64,000 bases of DNA, taken from positions 31,790 to 95,789 of the forward strand of contig JBDRBB010000023.1 of the NCBI GenBank assembly GCA_043823065.1. The letters are read 5' to 3'. The notes beneath the pieces were generated by a model. That model did not search any database and was not told where the DNA came from. It saw only the letters and a program-made list of their open reading frames with translations. The position numbers and the translations under genes are program-made. This stretch comes from Pseudomonadota bacterium (lineage in GTDB: Bacteria > UBA10199 > 2-02-FULL-44-16 > DYJF01). Positions 30,453 through 40,083 of the stretch are shown piece by piece; positions within the stretch are counted from its first letter, which is position 1, and each line of letters starts with the position of its first letter.

Positions 30453-31607
30453 GTGGAAATAAAACGAACAAAAGCTCTAGCTGAGCTTAAAGACAAATTA
30501 GACAGCTTTCCTATTGTTGGTATATTAGGCCCTCGTCAATGTGGAAAAACAACTCTAGCCCATCAATTTGCTAAATATAACCCCACTAAAAAAATTTCTT
30601 TCTTTGATCTTGAAGACCCCAGAGATGTTGCCAGACTTGAAAATCCAATGCTTGTTCTGGAGCCTTTAGAAGGCATAGTAGTTATTGATGAAATACAAAG
30701 GAACCCTGAGCTATTCCCTGTTTTGCGAGTTCTAGTTGATAAAAAAAAGAGAGCAAAATTTATAATCCTTGGTAGTGCTTCTCCCTATTTAGTTAAAGAG
30801 AGTTCTGAATCGCTTGCTGGTCGTATTGCTTTTTTAGAGTTGGGCGGTTTTTCACTAGATATATTAAAAAGCACGGATCAAAAAAAACTCTGGGTTAGAG
30901 GTGGTTTCCCCAGATCATTTTTAGCAAAAAGTGAAGCTGCATCATTTGAATGGCGAACAAATTTTGTAAAAACATACCTTGAAAGAGATATTCCAAATTT
31001 AGGCATTCAAATACCAGCTAGAACTCTTGATCGTTTTTGGAGAATGCTAGCTCATTATCATGGACAATTGTTAAATGCTTCAGAATTAGGAAAAAGTTTT
31101 GGTGCAGCAGATACTACTATAAAGCGCTATCTTGATATTTTATCAGGCACTTTTGTGATTAGGCAGTTGCAGCCATGGTATTACAATACAAAAAAACGCC
31201 TGGTTAAAAGTCCAAAAATTTTCTTTCGTGATTCAGGTTTGTTTCACAACTTATCTAATATTGAAAATATGTCTCAACTTGAGATAAATCCAAAGCTTGG
31301 TGCTTCCTGGGAGGGGTTTGCGCTTGAGCAGGTTATTCAACATTTCAACCTAGCAGATGATGAAATTTATTTTTGGGCTGTCCATACAGGTGCTGACCTG
31401 GATCTTGTTTTCCAAAGAAAGGGAAAGTTATGGGGAATTGAAGTTAAATATAACGAATCTCCTACCAGGACAAAATCCATGATGTCAGCTTTTGAGGAGC
31501 TTTCACTAGGTCATTTATGGGTTATCTACCCTGGAACACAAGATTATAAAATAGATAAAAACATAACCGCTGTAGGCATCAATAATTTAAAATCCATCCA
31601 ATGGTAA
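30453..31607 (+). CDS. AAA_14 ATPase with DUF4143 / PD-(D/E)XK-like C-terminus
   Basis: GPRQCGKTT, IDEIQ, SESLAGR, RGGFP, TYLERDI, KSPKIFFRDSG, DLDLV...IEVK. Confidence 0.9.
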   Translation: MEIKRTKALAELKDKLDSFPIVGILGPRQCGKTTLAHQFAKYNPTKKISFFDLEDPRDVARLENPMLVLEPLEGIVVIDEIQRNPELFPVLRVLVDKKKRAKFIILGSASPYLVKESSESLAGRIAFLELGGFSLDILKSTDQKKLWVRGGFPRSFLAKSEAASFEWRTNFVKTYLERDIPNLGIQIPARTLDRFWRMLAHYHGQLLNASELGKSFGAADTTIKRYLDILSGTFVIRQLQPWYYNTKKRLVKSPKIFFRDSGLFHNLSNIENMSQLEINPKLGASWEGFALEQVIQHFNLADDEIYFWAVHTGADLDLVFQRKGKLWGIEVKYNESPTRTKSMMSAFEELSLGHLWVIYPGTQDYKIDKNITAVGINNLKSIQW

Positions 31608-31734
31608 TAGATTTTTTGCTCCGATAAGCTGAAAAACAGATCTCCTGATTGGTAGCCTATACATCAAAAAAGATGTAAACACAGGCTTACAATCTTAAAT
31701 TCCGCATATAGCGGACGAAAGAACTTGTTATCTT

Positions 31735-31860
31735 GCTCCGTCTGATCTTTTTTAAATAGATGTCCCACCACTTTATGCCGCTTATTATATAACTGCGTGT
31801 AAACACCGTTAATGTGTCGCATGCCTGCTGATAGATTTGCCTGCGGTGTTTCAATTAAAG
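31735..31860 (-). pseudogene. fragment of REP-associated/IS200-like tyrosine transposase
   Basis: Minus-strand translation LIETPQANLSAGMRHINGVYTQLYNKRHKVVGHLFK is typical of Y1 transposases; no start or full ORF. Confidence 0.75.
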
Positions 31861-31937
31861 TGATATCTTGGCCCCCGAGGAGATGATATTGTTCAAGAAA
31901 AAAGACAAGGGAAAGACGGAGTATTAAAATAAAGACT

Positions 31938-33533
31938 TTATCTATTGAGCTTCAATAATCTGGGAAGCTGGATCAGGGTTGAGTCGGGCCCGCGCCTGGT
32001 GCCTGGCACAATATAATTTCGCTGGGCAATTTTAATGTCATGACATGTTTGTGTTGCTGGATCTGTGCATTGGGGAATCATATCTTCGGTTATTGAGAAA
32101 CAGTTGCCGTCGGTGAGGGCTTCAAGGACTGAACAGTCGCGGGTAAAATAATAAAGATACAGTTTATCCGTGTTGTTCACCTGCCCGGCATAACTTGCGG
32201 CGCTGTCCTGGAGTTGATCGTCGCTGATGTTTACAACTCCTTCAACCAAAACGCTGTCATTTATGGACAATCCGACATAGGTCGCATTGCCTGTAATTGT
32301 TCCAAGTGTACTTGCCACAGCATATATCTCACCATTGTTGATAGACAGCTGACCAACTGCCGTTTGATACGATGTGTCCTGCGTATCACCGAGACAGTTC
32401 ATTCCAATAAGCATACACAAAGGTCCAACAAAGTTGATCGGAGGCGGCTGTAGATTCACAAAGTTAATCGTGCCCTGATCAGAACAATTGGTTTGGGCAC
32501 AGGGCTGTCCCCACCTGTTGTTGACCGCTGCCACAAGGTTTGTGAGGTCGGTTTGCAAAGAGCTTTCGTTTATGGCTGTTCTTGTCTCTAGTGTGACAGC
32601 ATCATAGGTTTGAACCGTCCGAGTGGATGATGGGTCTCTCACGCGCAAAAGAACCATGGGTAGATCTTTTTTCCATGTATCGGAGAGGCTTCCCGATTCA
32701 CCATCATCCTGTGGCATGGCATAGCGCATGACATATATCAAGTCATCGGCATGCTGATCGAGCCCCGTTTTGACTGTGTTGAGACCGCCGCCCGATGGAA
32801 TTGGTTCAGTAAAAATTGTGTTGCTCTCCACTCCAATTGTATTTAGAGCTTCCCTAATTGCGCTGTCCATGAACTGATCCGGTGTTGTGATGAAGAATAT
32901 CTCCTTGCTAAACGCTTCGCCGGATTGTTCTTGCATGATGACATTATTATTGCTGTTGCCCAGACTGGCAACGAGCTGGATGCGAGCTGGATTCTGCGGC
33001 ACAGGAGTGAAGAATGTGCCAAGCATAGTGGGAAAATTGTTCGCAATAAATTGATATGTCGAACTTGTCGTGTCGAAAGTGCCCTCCCTGGTGAAGAGAT
33101 ACGTCTGCATACCGAAATAGGCTGCAGGTGGAGGCATTATTCCGAAAACAACAATGGCCTCGCGGGGATCAAGGCGCAAAACCGAGCTGTAGCCATCGGG
33201 CGTCTGGCCGAATGCCTGGCTAGTTGCGGGATCTATGAATTCATCCGGCCACGATTTAAACACAGGTTCGATGTAGGGCGCTGCGGGGTTATTGCCATAG
33301 CAGCTTTGCATCAGTGCATATGAATACGGGCAGTCATCCTGTGTGTATAGTTTGAAATAGCCTTGCGACACCTCATAACCCTGTGATTTGAGATAGATGC
33401 TTAAAAGCTGTGCCTGTTGCTCAATTGAGTCAGGCACGTTGTTCGTGGGCACAGCCGTTCCGCCGCCCGACGAGCATCCATTGCAAAAAAGAAAAACAAA
33501 AATACAAAAACAGGAAAAAATGGTTTTGATCAT
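31938..33533 (-). CDS. hypothetical lipoprotein (Cys-containing, higher GC than flanks)
   Basis: Signal peptide with lipobox CNGC followed by an SSGGG linker; 531 aa. Confidence 0.75.
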   Translation of the reverse strand: MIKTIFSCFCIFVFLFCNGCSSGGGTAVPTNNVPDSIEQQAQLLSIYLKSQGYEVSQGYFKLYTQDDCPYSYALMQSCYGNNPAAPYIEPVFKSWPDEFIDPATSQAFGQTPDGYSSVLRLDPREAIVVFGIMPPPAAYFGMQTYLFTREGTFDTTSSTYQFIANNFPTMLGTFFTPVPQNPARIQLVASLGNSNNNVIMQEQSGEAFSKEIFFITTPDQFMDSAIREALNTIGVESNTIFTEPIPSGGGLNTVKTGLDQHADDLIYVMRYAMPQDDGESGSLSDTWKKDLPMVLLRVRDPSSTRTVQTYDAVTLETRTAINESSLQTDLTNLVAAVNNRWGQPCAQTNCSDQGTINFVNLQPPPINFVGPLCMLIGMNCLGDTQDTSYQTAVGQLSINNGEIYAVASTLGTITGNATYVGLSINDSVLVEGVVNISDDQLQDSAASYAGQVNNTDKLYLYYFTRDCSVLEALTDGNCFSITEDMIPQCTDPATQTCHDIKIAQRNYIVPGTRRGPDSTLIQLPRLLKLNR

Positions 33534-33628
33534 AAAAGTATTTTACAGATAAATTACAATTTTACAATATAACAATATTGGTAATAATCGGGTTTTGATG
33601 TATTTTATGAAAAAAAGAGACACGGAAG

Positions 33629-33760
33629 ATGAACAAGATGACATTTATCGAACTCAAAACAAAAACCGATTTCAAACAAGCCTTTCCGCTGATGCACGAA
33701 TTGTGAAGACACCTTGATGTAAAATCATATCCCCTTTTGTTAAAAGAAATGTTCAACAGT
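33629..33760 (+). pseudogene. possible GNAT acetyltransferase N-terminal remnant
   Basis: MNKMTFIELKTKTDFKQAFPLMHEL*RHLD resembles the N-terminus of small GNAT proteins; in-frame TGA. Confidence 0.35.
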
Positions 33761-33791
33761 GACGTTGTCTGCACCAACCCCGGCAATTAAA

Positions 33792-33935
33792 AATTCTGAG
33801 CCAGGGTTTAAGTGTCAATTTGAACGCCAAGGTTATTTTTGTGTTGATGCCAAAGATTCCAAGCCAGGCGTGCTAGTGTTTAATAGGACGGTTACTTTAA
33901 AAGACACCTGGAAAAAGATTCAAAAGAATACCTAG
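33792..33935 (+). repeat. right direct repeat (displaced glnS 3' end, frame still ends in TAG)
   Basis: Encodes [47 protein letters not shown] and abuts the gltX stop. Confidence 0.9.
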
Positions 33936-33936
33936 G

Positions 33937-35337
33937 TTAGTTGGTATAGTTTAAGGCCTGGTCAAGGCGCTGCAAGACTCTTTGTTTGCCTAAAATTGAC
34001 AATATTTCATGAATGCCAGGACTCTCAGTTGTCCCGGTTAGGGCAACTCTTACTGGTTGAGCTAAGTTTTTCATTTTTTGCCCAGTTTGCTCAATAATTT
34101 TTTTAAATTCCTGCTCAAGGTTAGATTCGCTAAAATCTTTCATATTAGCAAAACTCTCTCTAATTATCTTAAGATTGGCTTTGCATTCGTCTGTTAACCA
34201 CTGATCCTTTGCTTTCTCCTCAAATATTACCTCAGATCTAAAATAAAAAGCTGACTTCTGAGCTAGTTCTACCAAGGTTTTTCCTCTAACTCTTACTGAT
34301 TCAATGGCTTTTGCCGCATATTCTTTATCTGTAATTTGAATATCTAATTTTTCAAGATACGGCTTTGTTAAATCAACGAGCTCTTCTTTTGAATAGTTTA
34401 ACAGATGCTGGCTATTAACCCAGTTTAATTTTTCAATATCAAAAACCGAGGCTGCTTTTCCAACTGAGTTTAAATCAAACTTTTCTATCAATTCCTTAAC
34501 TGAAAATATTTCCTGATCTTTGTAGGCCCAACCAAGTCGTGCTAGGTAGTTCAGCATTGCTTCTGATAAGAAGCCCATATTTTGATATTCTGTTACTGAG
34601 GTTGCGCCATGTCTTTTAGATAACTTTTTTTTGTCTGGACCAAAGATCATAGGCAGATGCGCAAACGTGGGTATGGCATAACCCAGTGCTTCATAGATAA
34701 GAACTTGTCTTGGTGTATTATTAATATGGTCATCGCCCCTAATAACATGGGTGATATTCATGGTTACATCATCAACCACAACCGTGAAATTATAAGTAGG
34801 TGTGCCATCGGATCTGGCAATAATTAGATCGTCAAGTTCTTGGTTGTCAAATTCAATACGACCACGACATATATCATCAACAACTGTTTTGCCATCTAGC
34901 GGTGCTTTTAATCTGAGGGTAAATGGTAAATCTGGGCTATCAGTTCTATTTCGGCATTTGCCGTTATATTTTGGTTTTAAGCCCTTGCCTGCAAGCTCTT
35001 GCCGACCAGCTTCAACTTCTTCTGGTGTGCAATAACATTTATAGGCATTTCCTGTTTTGAGAAGTTTTTTTGCCTGTTCCTGATAAAGATCAAATCTCTT
35101 TGTTTGAAAAAATGGTCCTTCATCCCAATCCATTCCTAACCACTGCATGCCGGCTAGAATAGATTCAGTATGTTCTTGAGTTGATCTTTCCAGATCTGTG
35201 TCTTCAATGCGCAAGATAAAGGCGCCACCAGTATGGCGGGCAAACAGCCAATTAAAAAGTGCAGTTCTGGCGCCACCAATGTGCAATGTTCCAGTGGGAG
35301 AAGGGGCAAAACGTACCCGTGGTTTTGTATTAGTCAT
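33937..35337 (-). CDS. gltX: glutamate--tRNA ligase
   Basis: RFAPSPTGTLHIGGARTA, RIEDTD, VIRGDDH, KLSKRHG. Confidence 0.98.
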   Translation of the reverse strand: MTNTKPRVRFAPSPTGTLHIGGARTALFNWLFARHTGGAFILRIEDTDLERSTQEHTESILAGMQWLGMDWDEGPFFQTKRFDLYQEQAKKLLKTGNAYKCYCTPEEVEAGRQELAGKGLKPKYNGKCRNRTDSPDLPFTLRLKAPLDGKTVVDDICRGRIEFDNQELDDLIIARSDGTPTYNFTVVVDDVTMNITHVIRGDDHINNTPRQVLIYEALGYAIPTFAHLPMIFGPDKKKLSKRHGATSVTEYQNMGFLSEAMLNYLARLGWAYKDQEIFSVKELIEKFDLNSVGKAASVFDIEKLNWVNSQHLLNYSKEELVDLTKPYLEKLDIQITDKEYAAKAIESVRVRGKTLVELAQKSAFYFRSEVIFEEKAKDQWLTDECKANLKIIRESFANMKDFSESNLEQEFKKIIEQTGQKMKNLAQPVRVALTGTTESPGIHEILSILGKQRVLQRLDQALNYTN

Positions 35338-35352
35338 GATGAATTTCCTTTT

Positions 35353-36156
35353 TTAGTAAACGATTATGCCAGCATATCCTACAACAGCGCTGAAATCTCC
35401 GCAAACATCGCCAGAAGTTTCATGTTTAATTAGTTTGGCGTTTTTTGCACCTAATTTTTTGGCAGCTATGAGCATAATTGCCGTGGGAATAACCCCACAC
35501 ATAGTAATGCCTTTAGTAGCGCAGGTTGCAAGCAAGCCTTCAGGATCTAAGGCCAATACTTTATCCAGGGCTGCTTGGTCTTTTTCTTTGGTTATTTCTT
35601 GATTTTCATAATGATTCAGATCAGAGCTGGCTACGATCAAGATAGGTTGTTTGGATTGCTTAATGGTTTCAGCAATAGCTAGGCCCAGTTTTTGGCATTC
35701 TTCTATGTTTAAACGAGAAATAGTAATAGGGACAATAGAGAGCTTAGGTTGCTTAGCTAATAAAAAAGGGAGTTGCACTTCCAAAGAATGTTCAAAAGCA
35801 TGGGCTAGAACGTCTTCTTTAATAAGCGAACATTTTTCCTGCAGAGCTTTAGCTAGTTTAGAGTTGATTGGAACATCTCCAAAGGGGATTTGCCAAGCCC
35901 CTGCACTCATAATAGCTACATTAGCGCCGCGGCCATTATGGTTTGGGGAAAGTACAATGCAGTTTTCTGGAACTTGAGTTGCAGCATATACTTGGCCAGC
36001 AACTCTTCCGGAAAACATATAACCAGCATGCGGAGCTATTACACCAATTGCTTTTTGAGGGATAGCTTTAACCTGAAGATATTTATTAACTTCTTGTTCC
36101 AAGGTTTTTTTATCTGCTGGATAGAATTGTCCAGCTACTGCTGGTTGTCTAATCAT
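35353..36156 (-). CDS. AmmeMemoRadiSam system protein B (MEMO1 family)
   Basis: RQPAVAGQFYP, PHAGYMFSG, EHSLEVQLPF, ASSDLNHY, MCG, VVGYA. Confidence 0.92.
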   Translation of the reverse strand: MIRQPAVAGQFYPADKKTLEQEVNKYLQVKAIPQKAIGVIAPHAGYMFSGRVAGQVYAATQVPENCIVLSPNHNGRGANVAIMSAGAWQIPFGDVPINSKLAKALQEKCSLIKEDVLAHAFEHSLEVQLPFLLAKQPKLSIVPITISRLNIEECQKLGLAIAETIKQSKQPILIVASSDLNHYENQEITKEKDQAALDKVLALDPEGLLATCATKGITMCGVIPTAIMLIAAKKLGAKNAKLIKHETSGDVCGDFSAVVGYAGIIVY

Positions 36157-36263
36157 CGCCAGACCTTTTCCTGTTTAAGTTTTAGTATCTAGTATGAAGC
36201 AGAATAAATGTAAATTGCCTATTTAATTGACATAGCCCGTCCTCTTTTGTTACCCATATAATT

Positions 36264-36821
36264 ATGGAAATATTTATAAATGATATCCCTGAAGAGGGTT
36301 TAACCATTGAACTTGATTCCAAACAAGCCCCTTGGCTGGAAAATTTGCTGAAGGAGCTAAGCGGGGAAAATTTTGCAGAATCAGACAGGGCTCATTTATC
36401 AGCAACTTTGCTAAATTGTGATGAAAACGTGGATATTAGGGGAGAACTAACTATTTTAAATCATCCCACCTGTGATCGATGTTTACAGACCTATGCTGAC
36501 GAAAGGATAATGCCTTTTCATATTCTTTTAGCGCCCCTTTATAGATCAGAAAGACAGAGGGAAAAACATCAATATAAAGACAAAGAATTAGTTAAAGAAG
36601 ATTTGGAATTCACCTTTTATGAGGGTGATCGTGTTGATTTGTATCAGCTCTTAAGAGAACAACTTTTACTGGAAAAACCCATCAAAAATATCTGCCAAGA
36701 AGATTGCAAAGGTATTTGCCAAAAATGCGGCAAAAATTTAAATGAAGGACCTTGCAGCTGTGCTGATGAAAAAGAAAGCGCCCACTGGTCAGCCCTTAAA
36801 AATTTCAATCCTAGGTCGTAA
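36264..36821 (+). CDS. DUF177/YceD family protein
   Basis: CDRCL and CQEDCKGICQKCGKNLNEGPCSC...W..LK. Confidence 0.92.
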   Translation: MEIFINDIPEEGLTIELDSKQAPWLENLLKELSGENFAESDRAHLSATLLNCDENVDIRGELTILNHPTCDRCLQTYADERIMPFHILLAPLYRSERQREKHQYKDKELVKEDLEFTFYEGDRVDLYQLLREQLLLEKPIKNICQEDCKGICQKCGKNLNEGPCSCADEKESAHWSALKNFNPRS

Positions 36822-36880
36822 ATTAAATTAGGAAAATTTTATCCATTGTCAAACCTGGCTCAGTTTGTTAGGAGCCCAAT

Positions 36881-37888
36881 ATGCTTATTGGTCTTACAGG
36901 AAAGAACTGTTCAGGTAAAGGCGAGGTGGCCAGATTTTTAAAGGAAAGCGGCTATCAATATTTTTCGCTTTCAGATTTGGTGCGGGCTGAAGTTGAATCT
37001 CGCGCATTGCCAATTAGTAGAGAAAACCTAATTGAAGTAGCCAATGAATTGCGAGCCACACATGGGGCAGGGGTGTTGGCAGAAATGGTCCTAAAGGATA
37101 TTACCCCAGATGCCCATGCGGTAATTGATTCTATTCGCAACCCTTTTGAAGTAGAGGTTTTGCGGCGCTGTCGCGGTTTTTATCTGCTCTCTATTGAATC
37201 TGACCCAAAAATTCGTTTCAAGCGCATTAAGGCGCGCAATCGAGAAAACGATCCTAAAACCTATCAAGAGTTCCTAAAATTAGAAGCCAGAGAAGCACAA
37301 AGCGATGATCCAACCACCCAGCAGTTAAATCGCACTGCCAGTATGGCGGATGCAGTGGTAGAAAATAATGGTTCCCTGGAAAATTTGTTGGAACAGGTTA
37401 AACAGGTTATTCAGGCTTTGGCGGCAAATTTAAATCGTCCAGATTGGGACGAATATTTTATGGAGATAGCCAGAGTGGTGGCCTTGAGAGGAAATTGTAT
37501 TAAGCGCAAAGTAGCTGCGGTTATTGTTTCTGATAAACGGGTTATTTCCACTGGTTATAATGGAACTCCGCGCGGTGTGAAGAATTGTAACGAGGGTGGT
37601 TGTCCACGTTGCAACAACTTTGGCAAAAGCGGAGATGATCTGGGTATCTGTATTTGCTCTCATGCTGAAGAAAATGCCATTGTTCAGGCTGCCTATCACG
37701 GGGTTTCCATTAAAGGCGCTACTATTTATAGCACTTTTTCTCCTTGTTTAACTTGCACCAAGATGATTATTAATTCCGGTCTTCAGGAAGTGGTTTATAG
37801 CAAAGCATATAGCTTAGAAGACCTACCCCTAAAGCTGCTTAAAGAAGCTGGAATTAAAGTTAGGCAAGTTGCTTGTGAGAAAGGTTGA
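36881..37888 (+). CDS. P-loop kinase-like domain fused to dCMP deaminase
   Basis: N-terminal GLTGKNCSGKG, IDSIRN; C-terminal RPDWDEYFM, TGYNG, HAEENA, PCLTC. Confidence 0.9.
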   Translation: MLIGLTGKNCSGKGEVARFLKESGYQYFSLSDLVRAEVESRALPISRENLIEVANELRATHGAGVLAEMVLKDITPDAHAVIDSIRNPFEVEVLRRCRGFYLLSIESDPKIRFKRIKARNRENDPKTYQEFLKLEAREAQSDDPTTQQLNRTASMADAVVENNGSLENLLEQVKQVIQALAANLNRPDWDEYFMEIARVVALRGNCIKRKVAAVIVSDKRVISTGYNGTPRGVKNCNEGGCPRCNNFGKSGDDLGICICSHAEENAIVQAAYHGVSIKGATIYSTFSPCLTCTKMIINSGLQEVVYSKAYSLEDLPLKLLKEAGIKVRQVACEKG

Positions 37889-37897
37889 CTTAAGTGA

Positions 37898-39640
37898 ATG
37901 AACTCTGTTGATTATCAAGCCATGGGTTTCAAATGCGGTGTTGAGATCCATCAACAACTTTTAACCTCCCAAAAACTTTTTTGTCGTTGTCCTGCAGGTG
38001 TATATTCCAAAAAACATGACGCAGAAATTTTAAGGCATATGCGGCCAACGCTTTCCGAGATGGGCACTTATGATGGCTGTGCTTTAATGGAATTCAAGAC
38101 CAAAAAAGAGATCTTGTATTTTCTAAATAAAGAAAGCGTGTGCACCTATGAAATGGATGATACTCCGCCATTTCCCATTAATCAGGAAGCATTGGATATA
38201 GCTATTGCCATCGGACTTTTGCTGAATTGTCAGATTGTGGATGAGGTGCATGTAGCTCGCAAACAGTATCTAGACGGCTCTATTCCCACTGGTTTTCAAA
38301 GAACCGCAATTATAGGTATTAATGGTTATGTGGAAATTGGCGAAAAAAAGATTAGAGTCAGACAGCTTTCAATTGAAGAAGATTCTTGCCGGGAGATTTC
38401 GGATAGAGGTCATTTAATTTCTTTTCGTACAGATCGTTTGGGTATGCCTTTGATAGAAGTGGTTACCGAGCCGGATTTTGCAACACCAAGTGAAGCTGCG
38501 GCAGGCGTGAAGGCCATTGGTCGTTTGCTTCGAGCTACCAAGCAAGTTAGGCGTGGTATTGGTGCAGTTCGTCAGGATGTAAATGTTTCCATTGCTCAGG
38601 GACAAAGAGTTGAGATTAAAGGAGTGCCTCGCTATCAAGATATAGCTCTTTTAACACATATAGAAGCATTGCGCCAAAAGGCTTTGCTGGAATTAAGAGA
38701 TGAATTAAAACGCAGAGGGTTGAACAGAGCTAATTTGAATTTTTATGAAAAAGATATAACCAGCAGCATTAAAAATACACGCTCAGAGATATTAAAACAA
38801 TCCTTAGAAAAAGGGCATCTGGTGCGGGGTGTAAAGGTGGAAAATTTTGCTGGCTTGTTTAATTGGAAAACCCAGCCAGGCAAAACTTTTGCCAATGAAA
38901 TTTCAGGGCGGGTACGAGTTGTGGCTTGTTTAGATAACGTGCCCAATCTGTTTCATACTGATCATTATCCAGACTATCATGGCTCTCACATTGATTTGCA
39001 TCGTTTGCTAAATCTTTTTCAGGTTTCTGAGCGAGATGCTTTAATTATTACTTGGGGACCCAAATCAGATACATTAACGGCATGTCAGGAGATAAAAGAT
39101 CGTATTTTAGAAGCTGTAGATGGCGTGCCAGAAGAGACCAGGCAGCATCGTCGCGCAGGATTGACCAGCTTTGAACGCATTTTGCCAGGTGTTGATCGGA
39201 TGTATCCTGACACAGATCATCCGCCGTTGGCTATTTCAGCTAGGCGAGTGGCAAAAATACAAACCAAATTGCCGCAAAAGACTTCTGAGATTGAAAAGCG
39301 CTTTATGAATTATAAATTACCGGCTGATGTAATTGAAACTCTGGCCTTATCTGCTCATAATGAGTTGGTGGATAGGCTGGCGGCACAAGGTTATGACATG
39401 AATTTGGTTGGCCGCTGGTTAGGGCAGACGGCAAAACATGTAGAGCGCAAAGGGTATAAATTAAATCAAATTACTGCAGCTTGCTGGGAAGCTTTGATTA
39501 AAGAAAGCGCGCGGGTAAATATAAAAAGAAAATATTTTAAGGAAATTTTAATAAAGTTGGTAAAAAAACCTGAACAAGATATTAAGTTGTTATTGAGTGC
39601 TGTGTGTCATCCCTGCGAAAGCAGGGAACCAGTAATTTAA
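37898..39640 (+). CDS. gatE: Glu-tRNA(Gln) amidotransferase subunit E (archaeal type), C-terminus apparently shortened
   Basis: GVEIHQQL..KLFCRCP, RHMRPTLSEMG, RKQYLDGSIPTGFQRTA, IEEDSCR, RGIGAVRQDVNVSI, AspRS-like insertion, GVPEETR, RILPG..RMYPDTD. Confidence 0.88.
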   Translation: MNSVDYQAMGFKCGVEIHQQLLTSQKLFCRCPAGVYSKKHDAEILRHMRPTLSEMGTYDGCALMEFKTKKEILYFLNKESVCTYEMDDTPPFPINQEALDIAIAIGLLLNCQIVDEVHVARKQYLDGSIPTGFQRTAIIGINGYVEIGEKKIRVRQLSIEEDSCREISDRGHLISFRTDRLGMPLIEVVTEPDFATPSEAAAGVKAIGRLLRATKQVRRGIGAVRQDVNVSIAQGQRVEIKGVPRYQDIALLTHIEALRQKALLELRDELKRRGLNRANLNFYEKDITSSIKNTRSEILKQSLEKGHLVRGVKVENFAGLFNWKTQPGKTFANEISGRVRVVACLDNVPNLFHTDHYPDYHGSHIDLHRLLNLFQVSERDALIITWGPKSDTLTACQEIKDRILEAVDGVPEETRQHRRAGLTSFERILPGVDRMYPDTDHPPLAISARRVAKIQTKLPQKTSEIEKRFMNYKLPADVIETLALSAHNELVDRLAAQGYDMNLVGRWLGQTAKHVERKGYKLNQITAACWEALIKESARVNIKRKYFKEILIKLVKKPEQDIKLLLSAVCHPCESREPVI

Positions 39641-39675
39641 TTAACTTGTAGATTCCCGCTTTCGCGGGAATGACA
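39605..39675. repeat. palindromic element TGTCATCCCTGCGAAAGCAGGGAACC...GATTCCCGCTTTCGCGGGAATGACA
   Basis: Terminal inverted repeats and two hairpins; supplies the last codons and stop of gatE. Confidence 0.85.
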
Positions 39676-39817
39676 CTTTTTTTCTTGATGTTGTCTTTAA
39701 AATTCTTTAATTAGAAAAAATATTTTGGAAAGTTTTACGATCGCTCGTCTGAAAGTAAAAGTTCGTAATGGTACGAAGCAGGCGCAGTTTGATCAGAAAG
39801 GAGAAGGGATTTTGAGT

Positions 39818-40021
39818 ATGACAAAGGGAAAAGTTAAGTGGTTTAGTGATGCAAAAGGTTATGGTTTTATTGCGCCAGACAATGGTGGAGATGACGTTTT
39901 TGTCCATTTTAGCGCGGTTACTGGGGAAGGTTTTAAGTCCTTGAAAGAAGGTCAGGCCGTGGAATTTGAAGTCCAAGATGGCCCAAAAGGAAAACAAGCG
40001 GTAAATGTAAATAGAGTTTAA
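39818..40021 (+). CDS. cspA: cold-shock protein
   Basis: [38 protein letters not shown]; 67 aa. Confidence 0.95.
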   Translation: MTKGKVKWFSDAKGYGFIAPDNGGDDVFVHFSAVTGEGFKSLKEGQAVEFEVQDGPKGKQAVNVNRV

Positions 40022-40039
40022 GATAAAGATAAATTATTT

Positions 40040-40074
40040 AAAAAGGCCCAGTTTTTTAAATTGGGCCTTTTTTA
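40040..40074 (+). terminator. intrinsic terminator
   Basis: AAAAGGCCCA...TGGGCCTTTTTT. Confidence 0.85.
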
Positions 40075-40083
40075 TTTTTACCA

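Noticed and set aside
37898..39640. gatB
   Set aside because: Length, the RPTLSEMG block and the large central insertion fit GatE; no gatA or gatC adjacent.
39725..39817. N-terminal extension of the cold-shock protein in the ORF track
   Set aside because: The CSD begins at ATG 39818 after a purine-rich RBS; the upstream part is most likely 5' UTR.
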